Below, piece by piece: positions 1-12,394 of a stretch of DNA of 64,000 bases. How positions within the stretch are numbered: position 1 is the first letter of the stretch; each line of letters begins with the position of its first letter. Source of the stretch: Mobula hypostoma (Eukaryota); contig NC_086098.1 in the NCBI RefSeq assembly GCF_963921235.1, positions 182,900,001-182,964,000 of the forward strand, read 5' to 3'. Below the pieces are notes generated by a model that was not told where the DNA came from, made no database searches, and worked only from the letters and a program-made list of their open reading frames with translations. Position numbers and translations under genes: made by a program.

Positions 1-808
1 ATTCGAAAACTTCAGGTAATTCAGTTCCTCTGTCTATCTCAGAACTGGGCATTGCTGCTGTAAGTAATTTAACTGCGATATAGATTCAGTTTTCAATTCG
101 CACAGCCTGACTTTTTGGGTGCGACCAACAGCCCTGCATTTTCTTGGTATTCTCAGTCTCTAACTACTGTCATTCTCAAAGGTGTTGTTCCATTTTGTTT
201 CTCTCTGACTGCCCCAATTAACCCATTGACTGGATGACCTCTACAACTCAGCAAAGCAGGCCTCACCCTATCACAGACATTCCCTTTGCCCTCTCCACCA
301 CCCTCCATCTTGTCTGCAGCTCGGAACTAACTTGTTTTCATTCCTCATCATTTCTGATGAAGAGTCTCCAATCTGAAAGTCTAACCCCGGTTCTGTTTCC
401 ACAGATGATGCCTGATACGTTAAGTCTTTACAACATTTTCTGTTTTTATTTCAGATTTCTAATGTCAGCAGATCTGTTTTGATTTTTAAAGATTAACTTT
501 ATTTGTTACACATTCATTGAAACATACAGTGATTTTCCACCCCAGGCTAATTGATCTAGTTTCCTGCCTTCCTTCTCCCTGCTTTCTGAAACTATGTTGT
601 TCACGTGCCAGCCTTAAACTACTCAATTTAATTTTAATTGAGAGTCGCAGCATGGCAACAGGCTCTTCTGGCTTGAATGAGCCCACACTGCTCAATTACA
701 CCCATGTGACTAGTTAACCTACCAATCTGTAGGTGTTTGCAACGTGGGAGGAACCCAGAGCTCCCGGGGAAACTCAAACAGTCATGGGTAGAAGGTGCAG
801 ATTCCTTA

Positions 809-1312
809 AGCCTGATGTATACTTCTGCATCAATGCGTCGCTGCAAACCATATGCAAAGCCGACACAAAATCCTACGCGAGAGCCTGTGTTGCTGCGACG
901 CGCACCTCTCCCAAAATGTAACTGCGCGTTGCGGCAACGCAGACCGTAAGAAATGTGATTGGTCCACTTGGTAGCATCGCATTTCATCCTACGCTGCAAT
1001 AGTTTCCCATTGGGCGACTGAAGGGCAGAGAAGGAACTCTGGCTGCAATGTTTTCCATAAAGCTTTACAGACCTCCAAAATTATGGAGGACATGTTTCGC
1101 TTTTACGAAAAAAGACGCTCGCGTCTTGTTTACCCCAAGAAAGACTACCATGACCATGAAGCCTTGTGCAGGCAGGTGAGTGTGTATGCGTGACGTGCAC
1201 GAATTGCAGAGCGACGCAGACACACCAACGCACAAGTATAAATGCTCACAATGTGCGTAGACCACTTGCGTAGGTTACGGTGTCCAGTTAACGCAGAAGT
1301 ATAAATCAGGCT
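809..1312. mobile_element. PIF/Harbinger-type MITE inserted into a SINE
   Basis: 20-bp TIRs agcctgatgtatacttctgc / gcagaagtataaatcaggct (1 mismatch); TTA TSD at 806-808 and 1313-1315; host SINE resumes on both sides. Confidence 0.8.
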
Positions 1313-1467
1313 TTACAGACAGCGGTGGGAACTGAACCCTGGTCACCAGTACTGTAATAGGGTCACATTAACCGCTACACTACTGTGCCAATTGTATGGT
1401 AGCATATTCTTATTCACCTGCCAACTTCACTAATCACACACTCCAGCCCCACATGCCTGATGCTCAC

Positions 1468-1635
1468 ATTTCTGTGCTTTATTCTTCTCTTCCTCTGTCA
1501 TGACGTGCTGGCTGCTGAAATTGCGGTTCCTCATTTCCTTCAGCAACATCTCGACTTCGGCAAGCTTCTCCACAAATTCTTTGGCGGAGGGCATACTGGT
1601 GTTCATCTGCGTTTTATTCATCTGGTCAATCAGGT
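1468..1635 (-). CDS. lama5: laminin alpha-5 exon, coiled coil (LIDQMNKTQ...LAEVEMLLKEMRNRNF...KAQK)
   Basis: ctcctcag| ... |gtgagc; 168 nt, phase 1->1. Confidence 0.92.
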
Positions 1636-2212
1636 CTGAGGAGGAAAGGTTTCAGAGGGAGGTCAGTGTTTACTCTTTGCCACACAATTATACTGGCAGT
1701 ATGAGTCACCAGTAACTCCTTATCCAGCCCAGAAGAGGAGCCACCAGGCTCATGTCTCTGTAGAAATGAAGGTCACAGATGCAAAAGTTGAGGTGTCAAC
1801 TAATGTACAGGTAAAGAGAGAAAACTCATCAAGCTGTCTGGAGCTTCATCATAAATAATGTGCTATTAATCTCTAGAGAAATTAATAAACTATTCATCAC
1901 CACCATCATTACGTGCCATATTGCATGACATGGGGCATCATAGTCCTTTGACCATGATTATACAGTAATTGGCAAATTTTAATGAAGTATTAAATAAACA
2001 ATCCATAGTACTCTTCATAAACACAAATTAAGCTACAAACCAATGATCAACATAGGAATTCTTCCACCAGACTAGGCAGCTTTTTTAAAAATGCCAGTTA
2101 TTTACCTTTTTTTCCATCTAGTCTTTCATTACCTGAGAACATCCAAAAGCATTTTTTTTTAATTTCTGAAGTGCACTAAGCTGATAGGAATAAACAATGG
2201 GATTACAACGGG

Positions 2213-2383
2213 CAAACAACAGGAATTCTGCAGACGCTGGAAATTCAAGCAACACACATCAAAGTTGCTGGTGAACGCAGCAGGCCAGGCAGCATCTCTA
2301 GGAAGAGGTACAAGCAACACACATCAAAGTTGCTGGTCCTGACGAAGGGTCTTGGCCTGAAACGTTGACTGTACCTCCTCCTA
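2213..2383. mobile_element. Penelope-like terminal-repeat fold-back insertion with hammerhead motif
   Basis: TSD ggattacaaYggg (2200-2212, 2384-2396); CTGACGA at 2339, GAAA at 2359; internal duplication of caagcaacacacatcaaagttgctggt. Confidence 0.75.
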
Positions 2384-2504
2384 GGATTACAATGGGAGTT
2401 ACTTTCGTCAAGCAGAAGGGCTGATCAACACCTCCACCCACTAACCAACCCCTCCACAGCCCCCAACTACCACTGCTTTATCATTTCCTGTCAGAGTCAC
2501 CTTA

Positions 2505-2691
2505 CACACAAGAAGATCTGCAGATGCTGGAAATCCAAAGCAACACACACAAAATGCTGGAGGAACTCAGCAGACCAGGCAGCATCTATGGAAAAGAGTG
2601 CACAGTCAACGTTTTGGGCCGAGACCCTTCAGTGTCTGTTTACTCTTCTCCATGGATGTTGCCTGGCCTGCTGATTCCTCCAGCATTTTGT
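2505..2691. mobile_element. Penelope-like fold-back insertion, centre deleted
   Basis: Inverted arms acaaaatgctggagg... / ...cctccagcattttgt; flanking gagtcacYtta direct repeat. Confidence 0.7.
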
Positions 2692-3269
2692 GAGTCACTT
2701 TATGCCTGGCATCACTTTACGTACATACAAATCAATGTATATAAAACATGTATTATATTTATTGTATTTTATTTAATTATTGTGTTCTTTATCTGATTGT
2801 GTTGCTTTTTGTTCTGCACCAGATCTGGATTAACTACTAGTTTATTTCCCAGTACTGGTGAAAGGTTTTGGCTTGAAGCGTCGACTTCCACAGATGCTGT
2901 TTGGCCTGCAGAGCTCCCCCAGCATTTTGCGTGTGTTGATTTCCAGCATCTGTAGATTTTCTCATGTTTATTTTCCTTTACATGTGTGTACTGGAAACTA
3001 TATTAAACAATCGTGTCAGATTTGTGCAAATGAGTGGTTGACTTGGATGGGCCAAAACGTTTGTTTCTGTGCTGTGTTTATCTGCGATTCTTGGATCTGA
3101 AGGAAAAGACACTGGCTAACATGCAGACATGTACAGGCACACACAGACATGCATGCATGGATGCAGATAACCATGTGTGCTCTGACACACCAAAAAGGAA
3201 TGAAAAGGCAGATTTTGTAATTGGCTGATGCATAATTACCACACAAAAAGGGGGATTATTTTTGGGAAC

Positions 3270-3560
3270 AGCACACACAGAATGGTGAAGGGAACTCAGC
3301 AGGTCAGGCAGCATCTATGGCAAAGAGCTCGCAGTCGACGTTTTGGGCTGAGACCCTTCTTCAGGACTGAGGACAAAGGGGGAAAATGCCAGAATAAAAA
3401 GGTGGTGGGAGGAGGGGAAAGAGGCTAGCTGGAAGGTGGAAGCTGAAGCCAGGTGGGTGGAAAAGGTCAAAGGCTGGATAAGAAAGAATCTTTTAGGAGA
3501 GGAGAGTGGACAATAGGAGAACGGGAAGGAGGAGAGGACCCAGGGAATAACTGGGAACAG
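3270..3560 (-). mobile_element. Penelope-like element 3' fragment
   Basis: Same terminal repeat plus purine-rich segment as 20773-22029 and 61592-62647. Confidence 0.65.
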
Positions 3561-3746
3561 GAAGAGATCTTGTTCAGCCTTCTCATCATTTAACATCCAA
3601 GTGACCATACAGTGAGAGGTAGCAAAGTTGTCCTGTTATGGTTGACAAGGGTAATAACAAGCATAAGTAAGCACTTGTCTGGTAAGCAGCATTTCAGCAA
3701 ATAGTTCTACTAATAAAAATATTTCAACAGAATCAAAGGGTTTTAC

Positions 3747-3858
3747 CTAAAATTGTCTTTCTGAGACTCGTGATGTTATTAAGCAACCCAGCAGCATGCT
3801 TGTGGGTTTCATCAACACTCTCTGCCAGTTGTGTTGCCTTCTTGTTTGCCATGGTGAC
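3747..3858 (-). CDS. lama5: laminin alpha-5 exon, coiled coil (VTMANKKATQLAESVDETHKHAAGLLNNITSLRKTIL)
   Basis: ctctccag| ... |gtaaaa; 112 nt, phase 0->1. Confidence 0.9.
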
Positions 3859-3955
3859 CTGGAGAGAAGGGTGGGAAGGGGAAGTGAGGTCAGCAAAAGG
3901 TCTCTGCAATAGAATGCCACAGTGCCACAGGACTTTACCAAGAGAGGTCTCTTGC

Positions 3956-4066
3956 CTTTTCTTCAGACGCATCCAGGTCTTGGGTCAGATTCATGCTGTC
4001 AGTCTCCAGCTCGTCAGTCTGATCCTTGGTTTGGTCCTGAGTACCACGATATCTGCTCAGCTCATC
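3956..4066 (-). CDS. lama5: laminin alpha-5 exon, coiled coil (DELSRYRGTQDQTKDQTDELETDSMNLTQDLDASEEK); GC donor
   Basis: ttgtccag| acceptor; AAG|gcaaga donor gives 111 nt, phase 0->0, matching the next exon. Confidence 0.85.
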
Positions 4067-4354
4067 CTGGACAAACAGCAGCACCACACAACCATGAATT
4101 AAGAGCCTTTAAAATGGCAAATCCATGACAACAGAGCCATCAATACACAGGAAGTTCCCAAGATGGATGGGCTACTCATACAGGATCATGGTAGCTCAAT
4201 TTGAACAGTTTTATATCGGCAATTATCCCCATCGGGAAAAACAATGTTACAATAATGTATCATGGATTCAGCTGCTTGCTGCTGGTCATTAAACTTTGGA
4301 GATTGGTTAAAAGTAGGAATTCCCAGAGATAATCCACAAGAGTTACGGAATTAT

Positions 4355-4600
4355 CTATTTATTTATTTATATATAGTGTGCAACAGTCCCTTCTGGCCCT
4401 TCAAGCTATGCTGCCCAGCAATCCCCCGATTTAATCCTAGCCTAATCACAGGACAATTTACAAGGACCAATTAAGTTACCAACCAGTGCGTCTTTGGACT
4501 GTGGGAGGAAACCCACAGGGTCACAGGGAAAACGTACAAACAGGCAGCAACAGGAATTGAACCTGGACCGCTTGTACTAACCACTACGCTACTGTGCCAT
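4355..4600 (-). mobile_element. tRNA-derived SINE (family A)
   Basis: Reverse complement of the copies at 17396 and 32675. Confidence 0.7.
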
Positions 4601-4825
4601 GCACGCTGTATTAATCATAGACTAATACAGCAAGAAATCAGGACTTTTGGCCCATCTATTCCCTGCCTACCATGCGAGTCCCAGCTAAGCTGGTCCCTGG
4701 ACCCAAGCTTGGGAACTCCTGCTCTAAACCCTTCCTAGTTGTCAAGAACATGAATGAATTTTTCACAGTTGTCTCTTCACTATTTACACAGGGGCGTAAA
4801 CCTACGATATCACGGTTCCACTCAC

Positions 4826-4977
4826 CGCAAGCTGTCCCAAGCTGTCGTTCAAAGCGTTCATCCGCTTCCATGCGATGGAGCTGGCACTCACGTTTGAAAG
4901 CTGAACTCTGATGACAGTCAGCAATGCAGCTGTCTTGTTTAGATCTTCCAGAAGAACCAGGACACAACTATCACAAG
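4826..4977 (-). CDS. lama5: laminin alpha-5 exon, start of coiled coil (CDSCVLVLLEDL...GQLA)
   Basis: tgttgcag| ... |gtgagt; 152 nt, phase 1->0; CxxC inter-chain motif. Confidence 0.94.
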
Positions 4978-5071
4978 CTGCAACAGAAGAACAGTTTGGT
5001 TTTACTGAGTGCTGTTTGAAGAGTACAGAGGAAGAAACTCGAAGTCTTGAAGAGAAAGAATGACAACTCAC

Positions 5072-5215
5072 GTTCACACTTCATGGAATTGACTCCGATG
5101 ATGACAGGGATCTCGTACAACTGCAGACAGGTATCACACTGCCTGCCTGCCAGCCCATTTTTACACATGCACTCTCCGGTACGAGGGTTACAGGGTCCCC
5201 CGTTGCAGTTACACA
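5072..5215 (-). CDS. lama5: laminin alpha-5 exon, last LE (CNCNGGPCNPRTGEC...SMKCE)
   Basis: tgatttag| ... |gtgagt; 144 nt, phase 1->1. Confidence 0.94.
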
Positions 5216-5529
5216 CTAAATCAAAATTAAATACAATTTATTCAAAACGTCTAAAAGATTTAATTGTGACACATTATCCCTTCACTGCCTTGAAATCGCT
5301 TAATTCAAGGGAGCAGAAATCACAAATTCCAGGGTGGCTTAGGGAGAAAGGGCCATTTGTGATCCCGGCTCAGGCTATCACGAGGAGATGACGTTACAGG
5401 GTCTGGTACTGAACATCACTGTTAGAAATACTGCCCAGATCCACAGGTCCCTGCGATGGAGAATGCCAAAGACCTAGAACAGTCTACAATAAAGAAACCT
5501 CTCCCTATCTCAGCCCTAAAAAGCTGTTG

Positions 5530-6180
5530 AAAAGGGAGGGGTGGGGGAAAGAGAGAGGGGTGATGGGGGGGAGGAAGGGAGACTTGGGTGATTGGAGAGA
5601 GGGGTGGGAAGAGGGGGGCTGGGGGAAGTGGGAGGAGGGAATGGAGAGGAGTGGGGAGAGGGAGGAGGGAAGAGGGAGGAGGGAAGAGGGAGGAGGGAAG
5701 AGGGAGGGAGAGGAGGGAAGAGGGAGGGAGAAGAGGGAGGGGGAAGAGGGAAGGGGAAGAGGAGGGGTGAGAGGGGAGGAGGAGGGGTGAGAGGGGAGGA
5801 GGAGGGATGAGAGGTGGGAGTGGGTGAAGGCGAGGGGAAGGGGGGGTGAAGGCGAGGGGAAGGGAGGGTGAGGAGAGGGGAGATGGAGAGAAGGGGAGGG
5901 AGAGAAGAGGGGGAGAGAAGAGGGGGAGAGGAGAGGGGGGAGGAGAGGGGGGAGGAGAGGGGGGAGGAGAGGGGGAGGAGAGGGGGAGGAGAGGGGGGAG
6001 AAGAGGGGGGGAGAAGAGGGGAGGGGGAGAAGAGGGGGGAGAAGAGGGGGGGAGAAGAGGGGGGGGAGAAGAGGGGAGGGGGAGAAGGGGGGGAGGAGGG
6101 GGAGAAGAGGGGGAGGAGAAGGGAGACGGGAAGGAACAGGGAGTGGGGGGAGTGTAGGGTGGAGGGGAGGAAGAACGGAG
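5530..6180. repeat. polypurine (G/A) low-complexity tract
   Basis: About 650 bp almost exclusively G/A on the + strand, with sub-arrays such as (ggggggaggaga)n. Confidence 0.95.
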
Positions 6181-6546
6181 AGCCACTTATCTGTGCTCTC
6201 TTTCATGGGCTTGGAGTTTGTGTCCCCTTGTTCAAAACTTCCCAAGGAAAGGAAACAGCCTCTCAGTATCCAGCCTAACAGTGACCATTAAGAATCTTGT
6301 TAAATTTGACAGCCTGCCAAGAATGAGCAAATAGATAAAATGATGAAGAATTTGGAATAGCAACCCGTGATTGTAGATTGCAGAGGAATGAGACAAGTTC
6401 CTCTGTTGTAGCACAGAATGAGTGTTCCCGTTGCAACACACTTAGTTAAAACAGCCCAGACTGATAGCAGCACGACAGGAGGTGATAATTTACATAAATG
6501 CATGAAACACTGGACTTCTTCAGACTCCTATGACTGCACCACTTAC

Positions 6547-6727
6547 TTTGGCAACCACTCGAGCTGTAGCTCCAGTAGCCCGGCAAACACTGCTGACACT
6601 GACGACCAGTTACACCTGGGAGGCAGGGACACTGGCCGCTTTGGGAATTGCACATTTCATTCTGGGAAGCCACGTCACAGGAACACCTCCTGCAACCAGC
6701 ACAGCTGTTGTAGCCATAAAATCCAGC
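6547..6727 (-). CDS. lama5: laminin alpha-5 exon, LE (AGFYGYNSCAGCRRCSC...GYWSYSSSGCQ)
   Basis: ctttatag| ... |gtaagt; 181 nt, phase 0->1. Confidence 0.95.
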
Positions 6728-7147
6728 CTATAAAGGAAAACTGTGTGAGAAAGCAGTTTTGGAAATAGATGCACGCAGAAGAAACTGATGTGTGAGGGAA
6801 TTACACATCCCAGAATTCCAAGCAAATCAACTATCGGTCTTCACTAAATCACTCACTGCATTGGGTTGAAGGCTTCAGTGAGTTCCTGGCTTTTTTTCCC
6901 AGGAAGAAGGAATAACACAGACAAATTGCCTGACCATCAACTCTCTTCTGGCTCAATAAGGAGGGAAATGGCTCCCAAGCCAAGCCTTTTCTTGAGTCAT
7001 TTCTGGGTCCAGGCCAAACGAACTTGAGTAAAGATTCATCCATACTGACCAAATTGCCTAACGGAACTAGTCCATTTGCCCACATTTTGTCCATACCGCA
7101 ATAAACCTTCCCAATCCATGTACAGTACTGTGCAAGCCTTAGGCACA

Positions 7148-7670
7148 TACAGTTGCAAGAAGAAGTTTGTGAACCCTTTGCAATTATCTGATTTTCTGCA
7201 TTAATTACTCATAAAATCCATCTAAGTCACAATAATAGACAAACACAATCTGCCTAAACTAATAACGCACAAACAAGTGGACTTTTCATGTCTTCATTGA
7301 ACACATAGTTTAATCATTCATAGTCCAGGCTGGAAAAAGTATGCGAACCCTTGTATTTAATAACTGGTAGAAGCTCGTTTAGCAGCAATAACCTCCACCA
7401 AACATTTCCTGTAGCTGCTGATTAGACTTGCACAATGGTGAGGAGGAATTTTAGATAATTCCTCCACACAAAACTGTTTTAGTTTATCAACACTTCTGGG
7501 ATACCTTACATGAACAGCCTTCTTCAGGTCATGCAACAGCATCTCAATTGGGTTAAGGTCTGGAATGTGACTTGGCCATTCCAAAACATGAATTTTTTTC
7601 TTTTTAAACAATGGTTATTGATTTACTCTTGTGTTTTGGATCATTACCTTGTTGTATCATCCAACTTTTG
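7148..7670 (-). mobile_element. Tc1/mariner transposon remnant (transposase C-terminus and terminal repeat)
   Basis: ORF 7357..7611 has EWPSHIPDLNPIEMLLHDLKKAV (Tc1 WPSQSPDLNPIE motif); tacagttgcaagaagaagtttgtgaaccc resembles a Tc1 terminus. Confidence 0.85.
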
Positions 7671-7934
7671 TACAGCACTATATTGGTCAATGTGGAGCAG
7701 AGAGAGTGATTGAAAATCTGGCAGGAGGAATGGATGCTCGGAATGGCAAGTGGTTGGTGTGTGCGCGGACACACTCAGCCCTGAGACACCAGGCAAGGTC
7801 ATTTGATTCCAAATAATTAGTATATTGATCATCACAGAATGTCTCTCTGGTGCTTCCTGTTCCCTCTCTGCTCCCTTCCCCTTTTTCCAACCACGATTCC
7901 GGTCTGCCTGCCCCCTTCCCACCCTCAGTCCACA

Positions 7935-8380
7935 ACAGAGAAAATTTACAAGGATGTTTCCGGGTCTGGAGGGCCTGGGTTATAAGGAAAGGTTGAATTG
8001 GTTAGGACTTTATTCCTTGAAACGTAGAAGATTGAGGGGAGATTTGATAGAGGGTAAATGCAAGTAGGCTTTTTCCACAGAGGTTGGGTGGGACAGCAAG
8101 GTCATGTGTTAAGGGTGAAAGGTGAAATGTTTAAGGGGAATGTGAAGGCAAACTTCTTCATTCAGAGGGCTGTGAGAGTGTGGAACAAGCTGCCAACACA
8201 AGTGGGGCATGTGAGCTCCATTTCAGTGTTTACAAGAAGTTTGGACAGGTACGTGGATAGTAGAGGTATAAAAGATTATGGTCCGGGCACAGGCTAATGG
8301 AACTAGGCAGTTTAAATGGTTTGTCACGGATTAGATGGGCTGAAGGACCTGTTTCTGTGCTGTACTTTCCTATGACTCTA
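7935..8380 (+). mobile_element. CR1-type LINE 3' fragment
   Basis: QRKFTRMFPGLEGLGYKERLNWLGLYSLKRRRLRGDLIE, the CR1 ORF2 C-terminal signature. Confidence 0.85.
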
Positions 8381-8992
8381 ATAGAGGTCCATATCATAAT
8401 CAGGTCTATCATCACTCACATGTTATGAAATTTGGTTTTTTTGCAGCAGTACAATGCAATACATAAAATTACTACAGTACTACAGTATTGTGCAAAAGGT
8501 CTGAGACACCCTAGCTATATATATGTGCCCAAGACTTTTGAACATTACTGTACCTGTCCAAATGCCTTAATTACCATATCATAATTGTACCAGCCTATAC
8601 ATTTGCTCTGCCAGCTCATTCTATACATGTACCCCTCGATGTGAAAAAGTTACTACTTGGGTTATTCTTAAATCTTCCCTCTCAATCTAAACCTATTCCC
8701 TACCGTGGGGAAAAGACCGAGGCCCTTCACTTTATCAATGTCCCTCATGATGTTATAAATCTCCATAAGGTCACCTCTCAGATTCCGAAGATCTAGGTAA
8801 AATCGTCCCAGCCTATCTAACCTCTCCTTCTTCCCCAAGCCATCCAGACCTAGTTATATCCTTTTAAATCCCTTTGTACCTTTTCCCGTTTAATAACATC
8901 GCTAATGAGGACTGATTGCCAAGAGCACAGCATACAATGGCAATGAGCTGTTCCTTCACAGTAGGCAACAGCTCTGCCCAGACATTGCTTAC

Positions 8993-9093
8993 CTCACAGT
9001 GGCCACACTGTGTTCCTGTCACCCCGGGTTTACATCGACACTCACCAGTGCGCTCATCACACGACTCAGTGCCACACGGCGAACAGCTGCACG
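8993..9093 (-). CDS. lama5: laminin alpha-5 exon, LE (CSCSPCGTESCDERTGECRCKPGVTGTQCGHCE)
   Basis: attcccag| ... |gtaagc; 101 nt, phase 1->0. Confidence 0.95.
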
Positions 9094-9294
9094 CTGGGAA
9101 TTCACAACGTAAGAAAGACTGAATCAAAAAAAACTTGCAATTTTATTTGCTAAATGTTAAGAAGGTTAAAGACAAAGTATGACATAGTTTGAAATCCAAT
9201 TGAAAGGCCTAAAAATTCATCCCTGGTTGTGAGCACTAAACAGACAGGGCTGCATTCAACATCAACATTCATTCCATTGACTTCAGTGGAATGA

Positions 9295-9790
9295 ACTTCA
9301 AAGTTCAAAGATCAAAGTAAGTTTATTGTAAAAGTACATATATAATCACCATATACTGCCCCAAGGTTCATTTTCTTGCAGCCTTCACAGTAAAACAAAG
9401 AAGAACAATAGAATCAATGAACTACAGGCAAACAAAGACTGACAATTAATGTGCAAAAGAAGACAAATTGTACAAATACAAAAAAAGGTAATGATAATAA
9501 TAAATAAGTAAAGAAAAAATACTGAGAACATGAGTTGTAGAGTCCTTGAAAGTGAGCCCAGAGGCTGTGTGCAGTGACGAGCTCAGTGTTACGGTGAATG
9601 AAGTTACCCACGCCGATTCAGAGCCTGATGGTTGAAGAATAATAACTGTACCTGAACTTGGTGGCATGGGAGGTAAAACTCCTGTACCTTTTTCCCAATG
9701 ATAGCAGCAAGAGGAGGGCATGGCCTGGACGGCGTGGTCCTTGATGATGGGTACTGCTTTTCTGTGGCAATGCTCCTTGTAGATTTCAGA
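9295..9790 (-). mobile_element. Rex/Babar-type LINE 3' fragment
   Basis: Degenerate IIKD..HA motif with (ttcaaag)n-like tail shared with many other copies. Confidence 0.6.
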
Positions 9791-12394
9791 GGCAGAGTTC
9801 ATCACCAAGGCCATGCTCTCTTCTCGTCGCTATCAGTGGGAAAAAGGTACGGGAGCTTTAGGTGCCACACCACCAAGTTCAGGAGGAGTACATGTGGCTA
9901 TTGCAACTGTAGGGTTGTCGATTGTGGATGAATATGTAGACTAGGTTGTGTATATTCCAGTGCAAATAATATGGCAAAAGACCATGTTTAATTTATGCCT
10001 AACTCATAATCCATTCGTGATTTAGTGGTCAAATCATCAGAATCGAGTAGTTTTGGGGTCAAGTTGAGTTCAAAGTTCAAAGTAAATTTAGCATCGAAGT
10101 ATATATAGGTTACTAGATACTACTTTGAGATTCATTTTCTTGTGGGCATTCACAGGAAATAAAAGAAATTGGATTTTATGAAGCACTATGCATGGACGTA
10201 GAAAGATTGACAAACAACTAAAGTGCAAAATGAAACAAACTATGCAAATTAAAAATAAAAATGAGAACACCAGTTGTAAAAGGTCCTTAAAAAGTGAGCC
10301 TGTAGATCACAGAATCAGTTCAGAGTAATGCTGAGTGAAGCTATCAATACCGGTTCAGAAGCCTGATGGGTGCAAAGTGATAACTGGTCCTGAACCTGGT
10401 CTAAAGGCTTCTTTATCTCCTGCTCAATGCCGGCAGCAAGAAGAGGACAAGCCTGAAATGGTGGTGCTCTTTAATGATGGATGCTGCTTTCTTGTGGCAG
10501 CTCTCCACGTAAATGTACTCAAAGGTTGAGCATACATCTTGTTGAGTTAAGGGCTGCTTGTCTGCTCAGATGGATAGAAACTATTCATTGGATGGCGGTG
10601 TTTGCCCACCACGCTTTGCGGCTAGCTTGGCCCGATCATTTCCGGCAATCACGGAGTCACGTCCGGGAGCTGGGCCTACCCGCTCGGTGCTGGAAGAGCC
10701 TGAGGTTAGAGCAGGCTCTGGGCGGCCAGTCAGCCGACAGCCCAGTCGGAGGTGTATCCTGTATCAGCCAGTACTCACTGACAGGAAGGTCAAACAAATG
10801 CTCCTGAGCTAGTCTCTGTGAAGATTCTGTGCAGTGCTGGGGAAGAAGGGCGAGTCACTGCGGATCCTGATGTTGGGGTTAGGCAGGCGCCTCCCCTCCA
10901 CCTTCAACTGAATCGGTGGTTTCCCTTGGTTACCAATATGAATGAAGTATCAGTTGTGAAGGAGGGTTAAGATCTTTTTTATTATAATTTAAAAAAAAGG
11001 AAACTATTGAGGACCAAAGTGAAGTTCCTTCTAATGTCCTGGTTGACATTTGCCCTTGATAAACCTCACCCAGGAGGAATGAAGTAATTATTTATGGGAC
11101 ATACTGCCAGCAAACCGCTCTTGTATCTTTTCACAAAATACCTACAATTGCCCTTCAAACTGATTAATTGACTGTAAAATGACTTGGAATATCATGTGTA
11201 CATTAATGATATTTCATACACTGTATTTTCTCCAGTACTTTTGAGGAAGAGAAGCCGAATATGATAATAATTATTGAACCTCCATTTACATAGAAGGTTT
11301 AACAGGATACGTTCAAAAGGTCTTGCACAGTAAAACTAGCAACAGGGACTGAGCAGGACGCCACACAAATCACCAATGATCTAAATGATTGGTGGAAATG
11401 GGACAGAGGTTGAATGGCTAAACTGTTCTCCCATGGGGCTTATATATCTGACAGCCTGCAGGCAATACCATTCCACAGAAGAAACTCATCTAATTCCTAG
11501 AGATGACAGAAAATACAGCAGAGCCAGGAATAGTTGCTGAAAGGAAAAGAGGAATGAGTTTATCCAAATTGTTCCCAGCTGTGTGCAAATGATGCCGACA
11601 ATCATCTTAAAACGGGTTGGAGAGACGTGGCAGGAACCCCGCTTTGTGTCAGCACGCCCTCAGTGTAGACTCAGAGGATGTACTTTGGAGAGCCGGAGGA
11701 GGAGTAGGAGAGTTAAAGGCCAGGAACACATTTTTTTTGGCCACATTCAAGGGAGATTAGGTTGGAAAGAAAATACAGAATTCAGCATGAAATTGAAAGG
11801 ATTTGTCACTCAATGACAGCCTTTCAAAATTAGTTTCTATAAACCTGATTTATGTCATTACTGACTTGCTATTCAAAAACATAGACTCCAAAGGATTGAG
11901 CACATTTGATATTTTAAGTCCTTTTCAAAAAAAAAATTGGATCGACTCCTCAGTTTAGTTAGGACAGGAAGTTTAAACCAAGAGCAGCCGGGAAAACAGT
12001 CAGCTAACTAAGAGCAAAGGATATAAAACTGCACATTGATGGCCAAGTATAAAAGCTGAACAAGTCTGGGTGTCAGAGATCCTTAGTTTTGGTCTGTGGC
12101 AATTTGGGATACATAAGCACACAAGAGACAGCAAATAATGGGTTTTGTACAAGGCATTTAACTCACAAAACAAGTAGTTACACCTGGCACTGACAGCCTG
12201 AAATTTTGCTTACATAATTAGCACTATTTGTGATTGCGGTCTTTGAGTTGAATTTTCCTCTGGGGCAGATTTTTCATCAGGTATGGGTTAGCGAGGGACC
12301 ACTATTCAAAGCTTCAAAGTAAATTTATTATTAAAGTATGTATATGTCACCATATACACTGAGATTCATTTTCTTACAGGCACTTACAGGAAGA

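Noticed and set aside
5422-6278. Long Pro-rich and Gly/Glu/Arg-rich ORFs
   Set aside because: Artefacts of the stop-free G/A low-complexity tract.
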